DNA from: Eledone cirrhosa
Taxonomy: Eukaryota
Direction of reading: 5' to 3'
Assembly (NCBI GenBank): GCA_964016885.1
Contig: OZ024741.1
Location: 30,194,001-30,258,000 of the forward strand
DNA length: 64,000 nt
Part shown: positions 53,581 to 64,000 of the stretch, in pieces
Layout of the letters: every line of letters begins with the position of its first letter
Position numbering within the stretch: the stretch's first letter is position 1
Program-made: the position numbers and the translations under genes
Notes under the pieces: model-generated
The model's database searches: none
What the model was told of the DNA's origin: nothing
Seen by the model: only the letters and a program-made list of their open reading frames with translations

Positions 53581-54455
53581 AAGTAACAGGGGCTGTGTAG
53601 TTGCTGGATAAGGTGTACTTATAAATAAGAGGAAAGCATGAACGGGAGAAAACTTCTTTCATTAATTGTCTGCTGGGGGTCATGGGTATTTCTTCTCATT
53701 AAAAACAAGATATCTTACCCCAGTGCGTCAATAACTAAAGGATGTTATTGAGGAAAGCAAATGTAACAGAAAGGAAAAGGGAAGAAAAAGGAAAAGAACA
53801 GCGAAAAAACGGTAAACAACAAAGTGTGAGTAACTGGAAGAGAGAGAAAAAATTAAAGTCATCATCAATTACTGAACTTAAGTTCGAGATTGGTGTGGAC
53901 GAGAAAAAAAAAACGTCTGACCTCCGCAAGTGTAAGAGAGAAAGAGACAGCTAGAGGAAGAGGCGAGAGAAGCAGTGAGGTGGCTAGCACAGAGAGGGAG
54001 AGTGAAAATGAGAGGGAGAGAGGGAGAGAAAGAAAGAGGGGACGGGATTGATAGCAACAAAATAGATAGGGACAGAGAACAGGTCACTGCGAAGCTTGAT
54101 AAAAATTTAAGAAGTAACAGGCGCTGTGCAGTTGCTGGATAAGGTGTACTTATAAATAAGAGGAAAGCATGAACGGGAGAACATTTTCCTTCATCAGTTG
54201 TCTGATGGGGTCATGGATATTTCTACGCATTAAAGACATATATATATACATATATATATATTTCGTTTCTGAATTTGTTTAGCAAGATTCTTTATCTGAA
54301 AACGTGTGTTGAAACCGATATTGTTATACTTTGGGAGGGTCATGTTGCCAATAAGAAACACACGCACCATTGCTTTCACTCCAATTTATTATAAATTTAA
54401 GAATTTATAAATTTCCTGTTGGTTGGTTCTATAACCGGACGGTTGTTCATATATT

Positions 54456-54498
54456 GTCAAAGTTCTTTCGTCACACATTCTGTGTCCTCTTCAGTGAC
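54456..54498 (-). ncRNA. Minimal hammerhead motif (copy at 45413-45455 +)
   Basis: gtca-CTGAAGA-ggacacagaatgtgtgac-GAAA-gaac-TT-tgac. Confidence 0.72.
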
Positions 54499-55524
54499 TG
54501 GGGATTCTTTTCTTTGTTTTGTGCCTCTCCTTTGTTCTGTCCTACGCCATCTTGTTTTTGTGTGTGTTGCGTGCTTAGTTTGCGCATGGGTTACATCCGG
54601 GTGTCTGTGTGTGTTTTTATTTGTTTATTTATTTGTTTATTTACATGTTACTGGTTGGTTGTTTATTCTATGTGTGTGTGTTTTCATTTTGTTCGTAATT
54701 GTAAGTTATGATGTTGCTATTCCATTCATGTTTTCTATTTAATCTTATTAAGAGGCAATACACATAAGTGAACTACAACCAAGATTAAATAGAAAACATG
54801 AATGGAATAGTAAACATGAATGGAATAGCAACATCACAACTTACAATTAAGCACATTAACTTTCATGCCAGTTCGCGTTTGAGGGTTCTTTAGTGTCATT
54901 TTCACTTTAAAAAGTGGCTCAAAATGTTATTTTTTTCTAAATGTAATTTGATTGGCTATGACTATCACGTGAATAAGTACATTACATTTCGCACCAGTTC
55001 GTAGTTGGGGGTTCTTTGTAGCGGTTTTCACAGTCACATGATATGTCATAGAGAGTCTCGTGCCAAACAAAAGATAAGGTCAAGAAAAGGGATGGGGAAA
55101 AATCGTTCTGGTTCAGTGAGTATGGTTGATGTGCTAAGGCGTCCAAATTAAGACTTTCTATTGAAACAAATTGAATGTTTGTATTGATAGTGGTGGTGGT
55201 GGCGACAGGGTAGAAAATAGAGATATATATTTTTATTGTGCTAGAAAAACTACAAACCCTCCATCTCAATTGTACTTTTGAAAAGCATAAGAACTTTGAA
55301 ACCGGTAAAGAATACAAATAACTATTCTTAAAATGACTCCAGTTGCATTTTCCATTTCTTTAGCGGGCTTATGTTAGTAAGTTTCTGCTAAGGAATGTCA
55401 ATATCTTAAAAACAAATATTATATGTTATCTGATGAAAGCACACTAAAATTTTGTGACCTTGAAATACGTATAATAAAATAAATATGCTATTATAAAGAT
55501 ATTTTCCATTTATTAATATTGTTA

Positions 55525-55593
<69 letters not shown>

Positions 55594-55869
55594 TGTGTGT
55601 GTGTGTGTGTGTATGTATGTGTGTGTGTGTGTCTGTGGGTCTGTGTATCCAGGATTCAATCGGGGGTTACCACAGTACGTAAAGTACTCAATACAGAGCA
55701 GAGTATAAATGTTTAATATAGAAATGGCTTCCACGGGACTAGAACTGTTTTGTTTGAATGGAAATCACCAGGAAAGCATTTCCAAGAACCATTCGAGAAA
55801 AATAATAAGTAATGAATATATTTTCAGTTATATATAAATAAATTGTGTCGTTATTTCTGTTTACCTTTT

Positions 55870-56070
<201 letters not shown>

Positions 56071-56354
56071 GTACAGATTTAAGTTCAATCAAAGAATCAC
56101 TGCATTTAGTCTTTTACGGGATCTTCTGAAACTCTTCTGATTTTATTCTTCACATTTCTTATTACTATGCAAGACAAACCTCAACAGAAAAGAAACCCTC
56201 TATCTCAATTTTATATTTGAACTGTGAAACTAGTAATTAAATAAATAAATATTCTTAAAGACTCCAATTACATTTTCAATTCATTTTCCTTATATATATA
56301 TACTTACTGTGATGACCTGCGATTGAACCCGGGATAAACTTATATATATATATA

Positions 56355-56555
56355 TACGAACATTAGCTGAAAAGTTCATGGCTGAACAAGATAGTTTCAT
56401 GGAATTGCCAAATTAGGTTTATTTCTCAACACCGTCCTTGGAAAAAAACAATGCAGTTACTAATAAGAGGGGTTGAAATTAATGCATGCAAGAGTTCCCA
56501 CCTCTGGAATCACTCGTTCATAGGCAGCGTAAGAACTGTTCAGCCCACCCTCGTA
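56355..56555. mobile_element. ~200-bp mariner MITE (the two ends of the 40063 element joined)
   Basis: TIRs tacgaacattagctgaaaagttc / gaactgttcagcccaccctcgta; halves match 40063-40148 and 41128-41212. Confidence 0.8.
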
Positions 56556-56783
56556 TGTATGTACTCACACAAACACACACACACACACACACACATACAC
56601 ACACATACACACACATACGCACACACGCACACACACACACACACATACACACACGCACGCACACACACACACACCCATACACACACACATACACACACAT
56701 ACACACACATACACACACATACGCACACACGCACACACACACACACACATACACACACGCACGCACACACACACCCATACACA

Positions 56784-56867
<84 letters not shown>

Positions 56868-58223
56868 AGTGAAAATATATTTATTACTTATTACTTTTCT
56901 CCAATGGTTCTAGCGAATGGTCTTAGTAAGGTGATAGAAAAATCAATATTCTGATCTCATAAGACACGGAAAACATGTTCATGGCAGTTAGCCTTTTATG
57001 CAGTGTAAATAAGTGATTCTTAATTTATAATCGGTAAGTTATACTAATATCAGTCTTTCATTAGATTTTTAACATGATTCCCCTTTATCTATCCCGCTTA
57101 CATTCCTTATTTAACACTAATGTATGCTTCATTCATTTACCACTTACCTGTTTGTTATTATCATGTAACATGAAACCGATAGAAAATATTTTATTATATT
57201 GGAAAAATAGATGGCAGAGCGTTAAGAAGTTCAGTTTCCAAACAAATGCTACCAAGTGTAAGGTTTCTATCTCATTCTCCATGAGCTGATGAATGTAGCT
57301 TCCAACTAATATTTACAATGTGGTATCCCAACTCTCATCAGTCTCATGACTGCTACCAATAAAGGAATTACAGGATAGTCTACCCGTTTATATTTCAGGT
57401 TATAAAATAGACTTTTTCCATCAGATAACATATACAGCATTTCTAGTTTTCTAGTACTGCAATATTTATTCACCCATTTTCCATTTCCATGATATTTTCA
57501 CTACTAGATATTTATCTATATTTCTAGTAATAAGAAGTTAGAAATCATTAAATATTGTAATAGATAATTACAGCTATATTCTTAAAGATTTCTCCCATAT
57601 AATTTATTTGAAACATATATATTTATAGTAATATAAATTATGAGTATATTAAAAAACAATACCGTGCTTTTTTCATTAAACAGGCCAAGTGAAATTCATT
57701 CATTTCATAGATAAATGAATAAACATTGATGTCTCGTGTTGAGAGGAGAGTATATTAGAATTCTTAGAACAATTAGAAACCTCAACGCTAGAACAGCTGT
57801 TAAATCAACCAAATGCAGGGTTGGGCAAACTTCCCTCAAGTCAGAGACCAGCCGCCACCAGTCGGCAGAGATTCAATTGATGAGGTGGGGGACAATTAGG
57901 CGAAATATAGAAAAGATATATATATATATATTTATATATTTATACGATATAATTATATATTTATTAAAATAACAAATTAAAGTTTAAGCAAAGAATCGCT
58001 GCTTTCACCCTTAACGGGGTCTTCTGAAACAGTGTCAGAAGATCCCGTTAAGGATGAAAGCGATTGTTTGCTTAAACTTTTAATCTATTATTTTAATAAA
58101 TATTTGCTCTACGGTTTTATGTATTTATATATATATATATATTGTCCTTACTGAGCCCTGTTCGGATTTTAGTCCCCACATTTATTATTATTACTATATA
58201 TAAATACACACACACACATATAT

Positions 58224-61630
<3,407 letters not shown>

Positions 61631-63014
61631 TATTGAAAAAGAAAACCAACAGGTGAGTATGTTTTTATTGGCAACATAAAGCATACATAGACAATTATAA
61701 TAGACACAGAAACATATGTCAAAGCAAATAAATAAATCTCTTCACGCCGACGTTTTATTTTTTTGGTGCAATACTTGCTTATGTTAATATACTCCGTGAT
61801 CTCTTCTGGACCTGTATATCATATTCCCCTGCATTGATATATATGTTATACAATTCAAAGGATACCATCGAGACAAACTCTCTGGTAAGCAACTTTCTTG
61901 TTGAAGTATTCATTCTTGATATACATAAACATCATCTTTTCTACCTCCCCGCACGCACACACACACACACAGACACACACACACACACACACACGCACAC
62001 ACACACACACACGCACACACACACATATATATATATATATATAGGGATTGTAACGTCCAGTTACTGTAGGTTCACAGCATTCGATGCGTAGTTTCTAGTA
62101 GGTACATTGTCACTGTACTAACTAGAGTGTAATAATAATAATGATAAAAAGAGCGCGATGCTAGATCTTCATTATATTTATTGAGGTGTGATAGATCTTC
62201 ATGATATTTATTAAGGCGGTGGATTGGCAGTATCGGTAGAGGGTCGGACGCCATGCTTTGACGCAAAGAGTTACGGTATTTTTCATTATGAGTTCAAATC
62301 CCGCCGAGGTTAACTTTGCCTTTCATCCTTACGGGGTCGATAAAATAAAGTACCAGTAATACACTGGGTAATTTGCTTGCCTTGTGCCAAAAGTAGAAAC
62401 AATTATATTTATTGAGGTGTGACGCGCGTTTCGCGATTGATCGGCTCATGGTTCGATTTGTAACTGGAATCAAAAGCTCGTCGGATTTCTGTTATGGTAG
62501 TGACAATATTTTACACCAACTATTAGTTAATGAATATCCCGCAACATTCAATCTATTATCATATATATATATGTATGTTTTTACACCGACTCCATATTTA
62601 TCAATAACTATTACACAGAAAGTGTTATTTATGTACCAATTCTACTAAGAATAGTACTATATTTGCTTTGCCTTAAATGGAATTTCCGTTCTCAGGAAAA
62701 TTCTGTAAATTTATTCTAATTTTGAAGCCACGTGTACATGCAATTTTATAATCTGACGTTGTTGTGCATATTTCATGCGTAACATGAACTGGGAATCAGT
62801 GCTGAAACTGAAGCAATTGAATCCCGAAATGCCATTTTAGAAATTAAAATTCCACAAAACATGCACGATTAAAATTATATTCGTCGTTCTATTCAATCTA
62901 GAACTGATACATTTCCAAGAGTTTGACGAAGGTTTTGGCACCATTTAATACGTATCAACAGAATATATGCTTTTGACGTCTACAACTAACAACAATTGCA
63001 ATGCACACCATGAA

Positions 63015-63270
63015 ACTAGAGAGAAATTGACACACAGGAGACTGAGGTTAGCTGGACATTCTCACCGACATCAAGAGTTGACACTGCACTCAGTGCTCCT
63101 GTGGGAGCCCCTGCATGGACACACTGGAAGAGGAAGACCAAGGTTAACATATGTTGATGGCCTAAGGGCAGACACTGGGGTGTTGGAGACGCAGGACATG
63201 GCAGCAATAATGAGGGACAGAGACCGCTGGAGAGAACTCGTCTATGGATCTCGGGAATTTTACCCGCCCT
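63015..63270 (+). mobile_element. 3' fragment of RTE-like LINE
   Basis: RRLRLAGHSHRH..VLLWEP.HG..GRGRPRLTYVD..MRDRDRWRELV. Confidence 0.75.
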
Positions 63271-63843
63271 ATATATATATGTATATAATGTGTGTGTGTG
63301 TGGTTCAGGTATATGTTTGAAATCAGCAAGAAGATTAGTAAGAAACATTACATAGCAATGCTTCTATCAACGGAGCAAACAGTTTGATTACAAAAGTGTT
63401 CTGTGAATCTGTACTATAAATTCATCAACGTTGCATAATTTGACATAATACGAAGTCTTAAAGATATGAAGCGACAAGGCAAAGTTCACACGCTCTAATA
63501 CAAATTCAGATACACAGACACATACTAAAGAAATGGGAGTTACGTTTCTATATATTTAATGAGATATATATTTCCGAAAAGTATAAATGTACTTATTCAC
63601 ATAATTTCAGATATCAACATAAATACAGATTACTTATACATACATACACACAACCATATTCACACGCACCCCCCCCCACACACACACACAATTACACACA
63701 CAAAAACATATATATATATGTATATATATATATATACATATATGTATGTATACATATTTACATAAATATATATATGTATTTAGATATATATACATACACA
63801 CACACAAATATATATTTATATATATATATATATAAACACACAC

Positions 63844-63895
<52 letters not shown>

Positions 63896-64000
63896 GTGTG
63901 TGTGTGTAAGTATATATATCTAAATACATATATATATTTATGTAAATATGTATACATACATATATGTATATATATATATATATATATACATATATATATA

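Noticed and set aside
57281-57349. CTGATGA within a small inverted repeat
   Set aside because: No GAAA/stem III partner, so not a hammerhead

Overview
AT-rich eukaryotic non-coding DNA. The repeat families and (TA)n/(CA)n density suggest a coleoid cephalopod such as Octopus, but this is inference. No host protein-coding gene is supported, and most listed ORFs are translations of microsatellites. The window is a mosaic of mobile DNA: several Penelope-like retroelements (RT + GIY-YIG; one 561-aa open ORF, three with the CxCx5C motif of the Naiad group), CR1-, RTE-, L1/Tx1- and R4/Dong-like LINE relics, a decayed mariner and its MITEs, a small Helitron, and many tRNA-derived SINEs. The main signal is that many short unique segments between (TA)n tracts are Penelope pseudo-LTR-derived units carrying minimal type-I hammerhead ribozyme motifs (CUGANGA...GAAA, often with a palindromic stem III). 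By eye I count about 15 sequence families and more than 30 motif copies. They occur either as fold-back inverted repeats or as 1.3-1.7-mer direct repeats resembling retrozymes. Other notable items are a tRNA-like cloverleaf capping a ~110-bp hairpin, a 142-bp satellite traceable to a mariner MITE, and a GC-rich 60-bp tandem array. All coordinates and folds were read manually.
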